The position numbers and the translations under genes are program-made. From NCBI RefSeq assembly GCF_009914755.1, contig NC_060934.1: a DNA stretch of 64,000 bases, one strand, 5' to 3'. This DNA comes from the human T2T-CHM13v2.0 reference genome, Homo sapiens. The notes beneath the pieces are model-generated. The model was not told where the DNA came from and did no database searches. It was given only the letters and a program-made list of their open reading frames with translations. Shown here one piece after another: positions 51,729 through 63,870 of the stretch. The stretch's first letter is position 1, and each line of letters begins with the position of its first letter.

Positions 51729-54700
51729 GGTGCAGAGCAAGAATTCATCTAGTTCTCAGTTCTCTTGCAGCTAAGAAAAAAGGTGGAACACCTGAGTTAA
51801 GATATCCTTTCAATTGAAATGACAAGTGTAATAGGTGTGTTCCAAAATCTTCTCTGTGACAGGGCTACGTGCTTTCCTTAGATCTTGTCTGTAGGAGGAA
51901 ATTACTTTCAGAAACCTTTCCCCAGTCAATCATTTATCTGTTTTAGCAGCAAGAAGGTAACCTCACTGAAATGAGAGGAATGCAGCTCCTTTCATTTCTG
52001 TTAGCAATTCGTAACATTCTGAAAGTAGGGATAATAAATAATTGCAAAGGTAAATTGCAGGTTGGCCAAATTTACAGTTGGATTTTTTTTTGCTGCTATA
52101 TATGTGGAGGTTTTCAGAGAGTAATATACATGTTGTCTTACCAAAACTCCCTCCCCACCAAAAAAGAAAGAAGTATGGCTTCATTATTTTGATACCTGTA
52201 TATTTTCCCCCCAGCCTTGTTTCTCCGGCATTTGGGTCAGTAGCCAAATTGCTGATTGCTGAGACCTGACATTCAACAGTCTAGAATAGTTAAGGGCTGA
52301 CCCTACAGGATCAGAGCAGTTGTCCTGTAAAGACCCAGTGAACACCACCGCACCCAGAAGCTCATTTTTAGTAGAAAGGGGACAGTTACAACCCAGGTTA
52401 TTTCTGTCCAATGGAAAGCCTTCTGGTTGGCTTGAGAGAAAAAGCCAGCAGCCAGTCTTAACGGTAGGGACTTACATGATCCTGTGTTAGTATAAAGCCA
52501 TACATTGGAGGCCTAATCCTAAAGCCACCCATGTGTTTTCAGTGGTGTTGAAACAAAAACTAAAAATCTATCCATAGGACTTACCGTGACCTCCTGTTTT
52601 AGAGAAATTACAGTGGTTAACAAGCTACCATTGCAAGAAACAGTTGACTCTGAAGTTGCTTGACTTCATCCCGAGTGACACAGAGAGTGACATTTTTCAA
52701 CATGCACTCCCACTTTATAAATGACACTGTAATTTTTTTCTCAAGTAATTGAACACAGCACACAATGCAGAACTTGACAGAAACCCCTAAGGAGACAGCT
52801 TCTGTCTTACTGCACCACTGCCAATAGAATTAAAAGGTTAAAGAAGTCCTCAGATGTGTCAGATCATTTTTTTGGGTGGGGTAAGGATTATATAATTACA
52901 AGCATCAGTCATGTTTTTAATTGCACGGTTGTTAGAGGAAAGGGCAATGATTTGAGTTTATAGAAACAGAATTTTATTGTTCTATTGGTAATACTTCTCT
53001 TCTGAGGCCTGATAATTGCTGTATCTTTCTCACTAAGTTACTTTAAAAAGTTCTGCATATATGAAATTGTGGCAAATGCATAAACTGTGCCTTATTGATT
53101 TTTGTTGACATTTTACATGTTTCTTACGCATTTTTACCCTCCATTTGGAAACTGTCAGCTTGGCACATGGTGCTGGATAATAAGAGCAAATGAAGTGAAT
53201 ACAGCAATCTTCTTGACTATTAAAAACAGAATTAGCCCAGGCTCCGCTTGGTTTCAAATCTATCTCCAATAGATGATTTGCCTTTTCCTCCCTTGTAGTT
53301 TCAAGATAAGAAGTGGAAAAATAAAAATCTCTTAGTGTTATTTCCTCTGTTAATAATGCCAGGGATGATGAAAATGCTTCTGAAGAGATGTTACTTGGAA
53401 ACAGATGGTAAATTTGGACTGGATCACCTCAGAGCTCAGCATCAGTATGGAAGCCAGTGGAGGTCCTGTCCTCTGTCCCACACTTACATCATCTAGCTGC
53501 CTCAGAGAAGGCCACTAAATTGCTGTTATTGATGACAAAAGCTACAGTCAGTCTTAGTACAGGTAGCGTGTTCAGATAGTAAGCTTCATCAGCTGCCATG
53601 CTGTCAGAGAACCACATGAGACAGCTCAGCATTCACCGTGAGCTGAACTTCATTCAGGCTTCTTCAAGCCAGCTTAGCCAGGAGGCGAATGTGAGATGAG
53701 TTTCTCATGTACTGAGAGTTTTTGTGTGTTAAAAATTATAGCATGATGCAAACAAAAAATGCATTGACTTATTTTCATGACTGGATGTCGTTGTGCTTTG
53801 AGGGTAATGGGCAGGCATTGCTTTCTCTTATTGCTGTTGGATTAAAAGGTGCGGCTACAGTATTGACTTGATAATCTCACCAGGTATTCGTGCAGAGCAA
53901 AAGAAGAAAATATATTTTATGGCTCACAAATTGATTTACATAAACCAAACAATCTGCTGGTTGTTTGAATGCAGAATATTCTATTTTGCTTATTGGCCAC
54001 AGGGGCAACAATCTCACATCGTTGATGCCAGAATTCTGCTTTTCATGCATTCACTCTGAAATGACAATAGACGTCAGCCTCTCAGTGTTTAGATCTGCTT
54101 CATTTGGAAATCTTTTAAGTAGTAATAATAATGTTTTGAGGAAATTGAGTGGAACACTAAATTATTCTCTGATACCTAAGTTCAAACTGTGCAAGGCTAA
54201 AGAAGCTGAAAATCAATGCACTTTTAAAGTCATTAGAGATCATAAGTGAAATAAGTCTGTGTTGCTTTAGCTAACCTTTTAGTGTGCTGTGGTTTTATTA
54301 TAATATCAGCCTGAATCTGCATTAATTTCACAGTCTTTTTCTCTAAGAAGCCCAAGGGTGCATGATGAATAAAATGTAAATTTGAGAAGGCAGTGTTTTT
54401 ATTAGTGAAAAGGGCAATGAGCCATGTAGTTGGAGCAGTGACCTGCATGGTGGCCAACGCTGGTGCAGGAAGCAGGAGCAGGCACTACAGAGTCTAGTTA
54501 TTTTACAGCACAAGAAAAAACAGGCACGGAAAGTTTCACTGGTCTCCCAGCAGATATTCACAGAAGTGTACATTGTCTTGTGTATGTTAGAACTAAGGTC
54601 AAATCTTTGATACGTTTCAGAAATTGACAAGTCTCAAAAGTCTTGAAGATTTTATGCAAATAAATGACAATGCACGTTTTTTACATTTTATAGCAGTATT

Positions 54701-55358
54701 GAATATTCTCGGAGTAATGGAGCATTTGTTTTTATTAAAATTAAAAATTGCTAAATAGTTTGCAACAGACTTGGTATATTTGTATTTGCATAGCAACAAT
54801 TTATGTTTATACATACATATATATTTTTTAACTACCTGGAAGGGATTTAGATACATTTGTTTGCTGACATTTTGAGCTCTTGAAATTTATTTGCTCATTT
54901 GCCCTTGGTGTGAGGATTTTCTTATTTGCCCCTTTAAAAATCAATGATAAAATTTGAAATACAAAGCCCTGATGTGTGAATGCCCTCAGTAAAGATCATC
55001 AGTCAAGGAGAAAATGGAAAATAGCAACTTTTTATTTTAGAAAATGCAAACTAGATCTTGCTGATTTCAAACCCGGTGGCTAAAAACAGTACCCAACTTC
55101 CTCCCCTAGTTTCCATTTAAAAAATAAACTAATAAATAAATAAATCTTTCTGCTTTGGTCAGATTAGCAAGTCAGCACTGTGAATAAAAAGCAAAATAAG
55201 ATAAAACCAGAGAGAGAAGTTGTTTTATTTTTATGTACTACTGAGAACAGTGTCGTCTTGTGGCAGTTCTCGTAGACTGTGTTGGTTTAACAAGCGTCCA
55301 ACCCTTTTGTCTTGTTGTTTTTTGTCTTTCCTGCTCCCTGTCCCCTTGTTTCCCACAG

Positions 55359-55438
55359 GCTGTGCGTTTGTCACATTTTCTACAAGGGCAATGGCACAGA
55401 ATGCAATCAAAGCCATGCATCAGTCTCAGACCATGGAG
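55359..55438 (+). CDS. CELF2: CELF2 coding exon D (80 nt, phase 1 to 0): RRM2 RNP1 and helix 2
   Basis: Acceptor tccccttgtttcccacag|GC, donor GAG|gtactg. Translates (G)[26 protein letters not shown] (inside ORF 55220..55495). Confidence 0.96.
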
Positions 55439-58400
55439 GTACTGTATCATCTGCCCTTTCTTTGTTTTCTTTGTGCAAATGATGGGGAATGGTAAAGCAA
55501 TTCTCTCCTGTGTGGATTGTTCACATGACAATCACAGATGTAAACTTTCACCATCTCAGTTTTCATTCATTCATTCTCATTCTCTCCTTCTCTCTCTCTC
55601 TCTTTCTCTATGCATTTTTCCCCTAATGACTTGAAATGCATTTAGGAAAACCTTCCACTTGCTCTCCAGTTATTTATTTGAGCCTTTTATTGCAGTGGCA
55701 CGGGTCCTGTGATGTAAAGTCGTGAGCACTTTAAGCAAAGTGTCATTCTGGACCTAAAGAATCAAATACATTCCCCACACCGGGGTCGGTGCGGATGAAA
55801 CAGTAACAGCCTCCCACCCCAAATTACTGCTTGCCCTGTGCTAAGTCCCAGGGTTCTTTCGTTTGTACAGGGTCAAGTTATCTTCCATCTAGTCAAACAG
55901 CATTGTGTTTTTACATCAAGAATGTTGGAGAAAGTTAATATTTCTCCCACTGCATTTAACATTGAAAGTGCAAATTTGGAAAATAGGATTTGTCTCCTTC
56001 CTTAAAAAGATGAGCAATAACAAAGAAACATAATAAAGGCTCAAATGTGGTCTCCTAATGAGAGATCATGGCTTTAGGGGAAGGTAAACACCCTGGTGTG
56101 GATGCACACCCACGAACCTAGATAGATGGCTCTGTACTTTTAGTCTGTGATTTGGGTCATGGCCTTTCAGAATTTTGCACAAAAGCATTCCAAGAGTGAT
56201 ATGCCGTTACTTCTTCTGTATTGTCTGATAGAATCATTTGGGAGTGCATGTTCTGCTGTATTATGTATACTGTATCTTTGTGTATGGGTGATCTTTTCCG
56301 GAGGTGGCCTTGTGGTGTTATCTGAAGCTGTGTTTTCATATTTTGAAAAAAGATATTTTCAATTTTATTTAATATGCAAAAAACTTTTTTCTTGATTGAG
56401 CTTCTGTTTTCCCCCCATTTTGTTGGGGTTTTATTTTTTTGTTTGTTTGTTTTTGTTTGTTTTTTGCAATGCTGCATCTCCCAAAGCATGCTGGGAGCTA
56501 AGTGATCATTATGCGTCATGTTTTGTGGGCAACTTTTTTTATAGTGAATCAAAAGGTGGGTGCAAAGGGGGGAAGGAGTGTGCATGGCATTGTCATTCAG
56601 TGTTTACTGTACTTTTCTGACTTGTGATACCAGCATTGCAAAGCCTATTGTCTTTTTCGAACATTGATCTTGACTTTGATATTCCTAACATATCTTATAT
56701 AATCACTGTGTTTTCCTTTCAGTGCAATGCATTTTTAAGACACTCACAACCCCCTACCTGAAGGCAAGCTCAGGTGAAAATCGGGCATGATAGGCGATAA
56801 TGAGCAGGATTTGGAATGTCTAGGAAGCTAATCTTGTCTGACACGCAGTTACACGTGTGATGGCGTTTTGCTTCCCTCTTTCTCTTACTGAGGCCGCTCC
56901 ATTCCTGTGGATTAGCCTGATTTCCAGCCACATTTTAATCTTCAATTCAGTTTGAAGATTAAAATGAAACTGCTGTTAGGGGCAAAAAAATAAAAAAGAA
57001 AACTCTTTACTTGTATTATCTTCCATATACGCGTTTCATTCTTATTTTTATTTCTTGTAATTTAGTGATGTGTACCCAAATTGGTCTCACCTGAGATAAT
57101 TTTGAACCTCAATTCTTCAGTGTTTCTGTTAGAAACATTACGATCCCCATTCCTTCCCTTGGAGCCCCCCCAGTAATGCTCAGAGAGCCACGGACAACCC
57201 ACGGGAGACCATGTTCCCCTGTGTTCCTGTAGAAGGAGGACTCTGGATCATAAAGCAGAACTGGGCATGAACCAGGCTGAGAAACAGTAGGTTCCCATCA
57301 TGTAAAGAGTTGGTTTGACCACTGGGGCATATTTATTCCTAAGCCTTTGATCCTTTATTATTAATATCTCTGTTATTTGAAAACCAAATTTGGTGTTTAA
57401 AACTGGACATTCATGCTTACACAGAGGGGTCCTCTGACACTTAAATTTCTTGTTTGGTTTTTTTTTAATTGGCATTTAAATAGGAGGTTATATATTATGC
57501 AGTCACATTATAATTGTTTGACTAACGTTGTTTATTTTTAACTAATTATATTATTTCCAGGACTCTGGCATACATCTTTAACCAAGATGTATTACCTAAT
57601 TCACAATGATGTGAATGTTGAAAGAACAAGGTCTTAAAAACAATTAATTTTATATCGTGCCTTCTGTTTCTCCACTTGCCTTCACTCTATCCCTGCCCTG
57701 TGTTTCATGGTTTAAAAAATCATTTTTAAGCTATAATCATTGGCCTAATTTTCTGCTTTTATATCATTTTTACTATTTAAGGAAGAAAAAAATAGATGTT
57801 CTGTTAGGAGAGATGCTATAATTTGTTATGGAACAAATTTGATGGAACAATGACAACCCTTTTCCATGCAAAACCCCCTCTCTACATAATCTTCAAAGTA
57901 TGTTGCTCTCTTTTAAGTGAAGTACTGAAACATGGAACAGATACAGAAAAAAATGAATTACAGATTTTTTTAAATGATGGAAATACTATTTTTGTGCAAT
58001 TTACTGACATTTAACATTCTGTACCATGACTCTGTCTACCAGAGCTGAAGACCAGTAGGCTGGAAGTTTAACACTGAAATATTCATCTCATTTTTCTCAC
58101 TTTTTTTTATTAACAGACATGATATCCTCATGTATTCAGAACTGCATCCCCAGTAACTACCCAAGGTGATAAGGAAAAAAATGCGTTTGTTTTCCAGAAA
58201 AGAGAAACATGACCCAAAGGGAATGGAACAGAGAATCACATTTAAATAGGAATATAACATTTCTGAGAGGAGAGAGAGAGAGGTCTATTATCATGCTGAG
58301 TTTCAATAAAAGTTTTTATTTTAATCACTTGGGTAGAATTACTTCTTTATGCCTCAGCAAAATTGAACAGCTTTAATTGTGATGAAACGTGTAGGCAAGC

Positions 58401-59423
58401 CACACAAAGGAGGAGAAGAGGCTGGGGAAGGAGGGGGAGACTTCTGCTGAGTTACTTACCAAGTGGCAAATGTTGCAAAGGTGCTTTGGAAAGGAGGTCT
58501 TCGTGCTTGGGGTGTTAGGCCCTTATTATCCCTGATGATTTTATCTAGCTCAGTAGTGAATTCTGTGACCTTTAGCCATTTCTTTCTCACTACCCCTACT
58601 CCTTGCCTTTTAAAGGAAATTAAAACTGAAAGAAGCTGCTAGAATGGTGAGATTCATTAGGGAAAGAAGCCAAGTGGACTCCTCCGTCTGCTGTTCACGG
58701 TCTATCTTCTTTGGCTAGAATGTGCTTCTGTTTTTTGGGTTTGCACCAGCTCCAGGGATGGCGGGTAGCACAGGTGTGCTGAGGGAAGAGGCCTCTCTGA
58801 AAACGTGAACGGTTACTTTGGAGAATGCCTGTGTTCTCTGAATATCTTCTGCCCTCATCCTCAAAACTAAAATGAAGCCCTTTTCCCTATGATTGCTGGG
58901 CCGATAGGATTGTCACAATCCCAAAGTTCACAGATACATAACTGAAAACGGGAAAGAGTAAAAGATAAATGAATGAGAGACATGGCCATTCCCGTTACAG
59001 ATTCTCCCCTTTGTCCTCTGTCCACCTGTGGACACGGGCAGACACACAAAGCCAAGTCTGTCTTTAAGACGAGCAGCCTGAGAAGCTCAATTAAAGAACA
59101 TTGGTAAGGTCTGTTGTCTGTAAGGAGGTCCTGCAAGGTTGAAGGAAGACACAGGAAGAGAAGGAGAGGCAGTTACTAATCAGAGCAAGAAAGCAAGTGA
59201 CTTCACCGACCACCAGATCCCCCAAAGAAACCACTGGCAGTGTCTGGAATTTTCTGTTGATGGTACTATTCAGAGAAGAAGGAATATCAAACCGTTTTAA
59301 ACCATTTCAGCCCATTCCATGTGCTCCAGGCTAGTGCAGAAAGGTAGCTCCGGTGCTGAGTGTCGTGAGCGGATTCCGCCAGCCTGTAACCCCCTCTCCA
59401 CTTTCCAATGTGTCTGACCACAG

Positions 59424-59582
59424 GGCTGCTCTTCACCTATCGTGGTGAAGTTTGCTGACACTCAGAAGGACAAAGAGCAAAGGCGCCTCCAGCAGCAGCT
59501 CGCTCAGCAGATGCAGCAGCTCAACACTGCCACCTGGGGGAACCTGACAGGGCTGGGCGGACTGACCCCACAGTATCTGGCG
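59424..59582 (+). CDS. CELF2: CELF2 coding exon E (159 nt, phase 0 to 0): RRM2 beta4 and start of the Q-rich divergent domain
   Basis: Acceptor tgtctgaccacag|GGC, donor GCG|gtaagt. Translates [53 protein letters not shown]. Confidence 0.96.
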
Positions 59583-60475
59583 GTAAGTGCTGGGCAATGC
59601 CGGCGTGGTCTTCACCCGCTGAAACTCTGCAAACTGACTTTTCCCCTCCCTACGCTGAGGCATTTGTTTTCAGTACATTTTCAATCTCGGGGAATTATTG
59701 AAATCAGCATTTATGCAGGATATTTTTCCAAGTTAGATTGATTCTGTTAAGAACAGGACTAATTGAATTCCTGCCTGATGTAGGAGGGGCAAAGTCCCAC
59801 AGGTTAAACTTCTAACTCGTCTTTGAAAGGCACCCCAAGGCCCTGAGTTAGAAGACATGCAGCTGATGATGTAACGAGAGGGAGGCCGCTGGGCTGGCTC
59901 ATCCCTGTCAGGTCAGGGTCTGCGCCAGCAGGACCTCAAGTGAAATCTCCCAGAACTTCCATTCCATGATCCTGGCTCTTCGCAGTGGAACCAGATTGAT
60001 GAAATCAAGTGTTTCTTACTTCATCTATTTGAAACCAACAAAATTCTATTCTATTTCAAGCCCCAGCAGACCCAGTTCTCTCAGCCATTCCTTACATCTC
60101 TTGGTGTCTGAACTTGAGCTTTCTGGTTGTTTACTCATGCTCTCCATTTCACTTTGTGTCTTTATTGAAACACAGTGACCAGAATTTAAGACAGTCCCCC
60201 GAGCGAGATCTGAACAGGACGGAGTAGTAACCTCTAGTGTGGACTTGAGGGCATCTGAATGGAGCTTGAGAGCGGCGTTTGTAGTAACCATGGCAGATGC
60301 GGGCTGGAAGGCAGCCAGTACTCCAGAGATTTTATTTTTACTCGAATTACTGCTAAATTGTGCTCTTCTACCCTATTTTTCCACTTTGGAACATAAGTGC
60401 TGGACTTCACATTTATTAATATAATTTCATATTGTGAGTTTGGGCCTTTTATTCCAGCCTCAGAGAGGGTGTCTC

Positions 60476-60492
60476 TGTGTGTGTGTGTGTGT
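60476..60492 (+). repeat. (TG)8 microsatellite
   Basis: tgtgtgtgtgtgtgtgt. Confidence 0.9.
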
Positions 60493-60839
60493 ACCCCATG
60501 TGTATTGGGTCTTCATTCTGTCATTTTACATTTTAACTATCCCTCTTGTGATCCTGTCACCCATTGGCTTTACTTTGTAGCAGAAGTTGTGCTTTTGTGT
60601 CAAATGATCCTCCCTATTCCACCTTGGAAGGTGAGATGATCCTGCTTTTCGGACATATGAGGAAAGGGAGACTCAAAGAGGTTACGTAACGTTACCCAGA
60701 ATCAACCAGCCGCTAGTGGTTGATGGGACTTGAGCCCTGCGTGTCCCACCGGCTGGCCATACTGCCTCTTTGAGGACTCCGGGTGCTGCTGTGGGTCACC
60801 TTCATCTTTTTAGCTGCCCCACCCCCAGTGCCCAGTGCC

Positions 60840-60893
60840 CAGTGGGGTCTGGTATATAATAGCTCTTCAGTACATATTTGATGAATGAATGAG
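60840..60893 (+). mobile_element. L2 3' terminus
   Basis: gtctggtatataatagctcttcagtacatatttgatgaatgaatga. Confidence 0.6.
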
Positions 60894-60954
60894 AAGCATC
60901 CTTTTCCTGTCTTCCTCTGTGCTGCTAGCAAAAGCATTGGCTCAGGTTCCCATC

Positions 60955-61350
60955 ACTTTCTGTCCATTTCTCTACCTTGTCCACGAAGATACCATGAGAG
61001 ATTTTGTCAGCTGTCTTGCTAAAATCTATATTTGCTCTGCTATTATTTTCTTGACTAATCAGTCTAAAAATTGCTTTAAAAGAGAAATGAGTCTAGCTTG
61101 ACTATGATTTGTTTTTCACAAATGTGTGCTGTTCAGATGCTCACAGTCGATTGGTTTAATTCTGTGTACCAGAATTTTTGTCTGAGGCTGACATCACGCT
61201 CACCTTCCTGTACTTTCTAAGAGTCCGGCTTCCCCCATCCACCATTTCTGAAAACTGAGACACGTGTCCACTCTGTCTTCTAGCACGTCTCCTGTGCCCC
61301 CACGGCTCACAGAAATCTCCGGCACATGTTTCTGGGACCACATCTGCAAA
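60955..61350 (-). mobile_element. L3/CR1 LINE fossil (reverse-transcriptase region)
   Basis: The minus strand at about 61029-60964 reads IDFSKTADKISHGIFVDKVEKW, similar to the CR1 RT motif LDFSKAFDKVSHDILVDKMEK. Further L3-like sequence follows (ccagaatttttgtctgaggctgacatcacgctcacc). Confidence 0.75.
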
Positions 61351-61955
61351 TTGTTTGTGTAGGTGAAGGAGAGGAAATCTCATCCTGATTTATAGAAACA
61401 TGTTTTTAGAAGTTCTCACTACGTTTCCCTCTGCCATGGGTGATTCTTTCTTGGCCATGTTTGTCCTACTCCCTTTCAGCTGAAAAGCCCTTTCTCTGAA
61501 AGAGCCCTTAGCTGCCTTGAGTGATAGATTCTGACCCTGGCTCACCAGAGGTTGGTTATCCGTGGCAATAATCCTGGGTGGTGGTTTAATGACACTCCAG
61601 GTATTTCCACTTACCTCAGTAGGTGCTATTAACTCCTCTAAACATCTTCAAGGCTAGCTTAATTTTTAAAATTTAAAAACATTGAATATGAGGAGGAAGT
61701 TGCAGTTGATAAGCGCAAGAGAATGAGAAACCCAGCAAATCAAACCGAAATAAGGCCTTGCTATTACAGTGGGCAGTCCCTAGCTTTCCCACCCCCTCTT
61801 CCCCGCTCTCTTCCTCTTTCTGTGTGCGTGAGAGTATGTGTGTGGGCAGGGAATGGAGAGGGATGACTGAACACAGACTTTTCTTGGTTTTAGTATAACC
61901 TGATAGTGTGAAGTCCCATAATATCGTCGTACCTGAGGCTTGGGTTTCAGTCAGC

Positions 61956-62297
61956 CAAGGGTCCCCAACCCCTGGGCTGGGTACCAGTACCGGTCCATGG
62001 CTTGTTAGGAACCGGACCGCCCAGCAGGAGAGGAGCAGCAGGCGAGAGAGCGTTACTGCCTGAGCCCCACCTCCCGTCAGATCAGCGGCAGCCTCGGAAT
62101 CTCCTAGGAGCACGAACCTGGTCTAAACTGCACATGCTGAAGGGTCTAGGTTGCGTGCTCCTTATGAGAATCTAATTCCCGATGAGCTGAGGTGGAGCAG
62201 TTTCATCTCAAAACCTTCCCCTCAACCCCTGGTCTGGTGGGAAAATTGTCTTCCACGAAACTTCTTTCCCCGGTGCCAAAAAGGTTGGGGACTGCTG
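61956..62297. mobile_element. MER1B hAT-Charlie DNA transposon, full length (342 bp)
   Basis: TIRs caagggtccccaacc / ggttggggactgctg; internal ctaggttgcgtgctccttatgagaatctaa; 8-bp flanks cagtcagc / gaatcagc (6/8 match). Confidence 0.9.
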
Positions 62298-62463
62298 GAA
62301 TCAGCCACTGATAGTTCCACACTGCTTGGCGCTGTTACCTCAATTGAGATCCATTTTCGAGTCATATCCATGTGTAGGGTTTATCATATCAAACTGGAAA
62401 GACCTGGACTTCCCCAGAGGAACGGTGTTCTGGATTGTTTCACGAGCCCCAAATAAATTCTGA

Positions 62464-62787
<324 letters not shown>

Positions 62788-63806
62788 CTGAAAGCTGTTT
62801 TTAAAATAGTGAATTAATCTTGTTGCTCCTGAGCACACAATGTGACAATATTTCAGTAATAAAATAAATGTGGTAAATCTGTGTTTCTGGTATCCATGTA
62901 CATTTGAATATAGGAGAAAACTATCTGCTTGCCCACACTGCTAACTGCATCTGTACTGGTCTCCCTTACCAAAAAGAAGATCCATAAGTTCAGCCCAACA
63001 CTCAGTCTTTCACCTAAGTTAAGCTGCGGTTCAGCTGAGTTGGACAAGTCCAGCAGCACCCCAGGGGCTCCATGCCTTTATCTTGTGGCACCCACTCATT
63101 CTGCATGGCAGGAAAAATGCAGCCCTGAAAGCACTAGTGGAAAATGCAGACTTTCTCATAGGTATATTAATGTTTTTGAAGATTGACATTTACAACGCGT
63201 GACTTCGATGTACATACCACCAGATAGTTGTGAGTTTTGACAAGCTGTATGTTTCACTCTGCAGTGAGGACTTTTAAAATGGCTGCCCATTTGCTTGGTC
63301 ATGTAGTGGTGGCTGCAGCTGTACGCCTGTGAATAGATGCATTCATGTTTGTAGTTACCATGATGATCTTTATGTTGGCACCAGAGTCAGTGAACCAATG
63401 TGCTTCTGATGAAAGATGAAGAAAGCTGAACGGTGCTGGAAAGTAGAAGAGAGGGAGGGAATGGACCCTGATTGACAGAGATGAGTTACGGTAACTGCTA
63501 GACTACAGAGAGAGATAATTAGTCACGCTATGTTGGTTTCAATAGATCTAACACCTGGTTGTTAAAAAGAGTAAATTGATTAATTGTTTTAAGGCAGCAG
63601 TGTTAGTTTCCCCAGTGTTTATGTTTCTTAATAGAGATTGGACATGAATATGGATTTACAGCCCCAGCTCTGGGGACCTTCAGTCCATCAGTAGGCAGTA
63701 GCAACCAACCCTGGAAATGCAGAGTAAACTGAATTTGTCCCCAGTTTAATGAGGGAGTTACTTTGCTCTCACCATCTCCACTTTGCCCTTGTGTGTTCAT
63801 CCGCAG

Positions 63807-63870
63807 CTCCTGCAGCAGGCCACCTCCTCCAGCAACCTGGGTGCGTTCAGCGGCATTCAACAAATGGCAG
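63807..63870 (+). CDS. CELF2: CELF2 coding exon F (64 nt, phase 0 to 1): divergent domain
   Basis: Acceptor cccttgtgtgttcatccgcag|CTC, donor CAG|gtaagt. Translates LLQQATSSSNLGAFSGIQQMA plus 1 nt. Confidence 0.94.
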
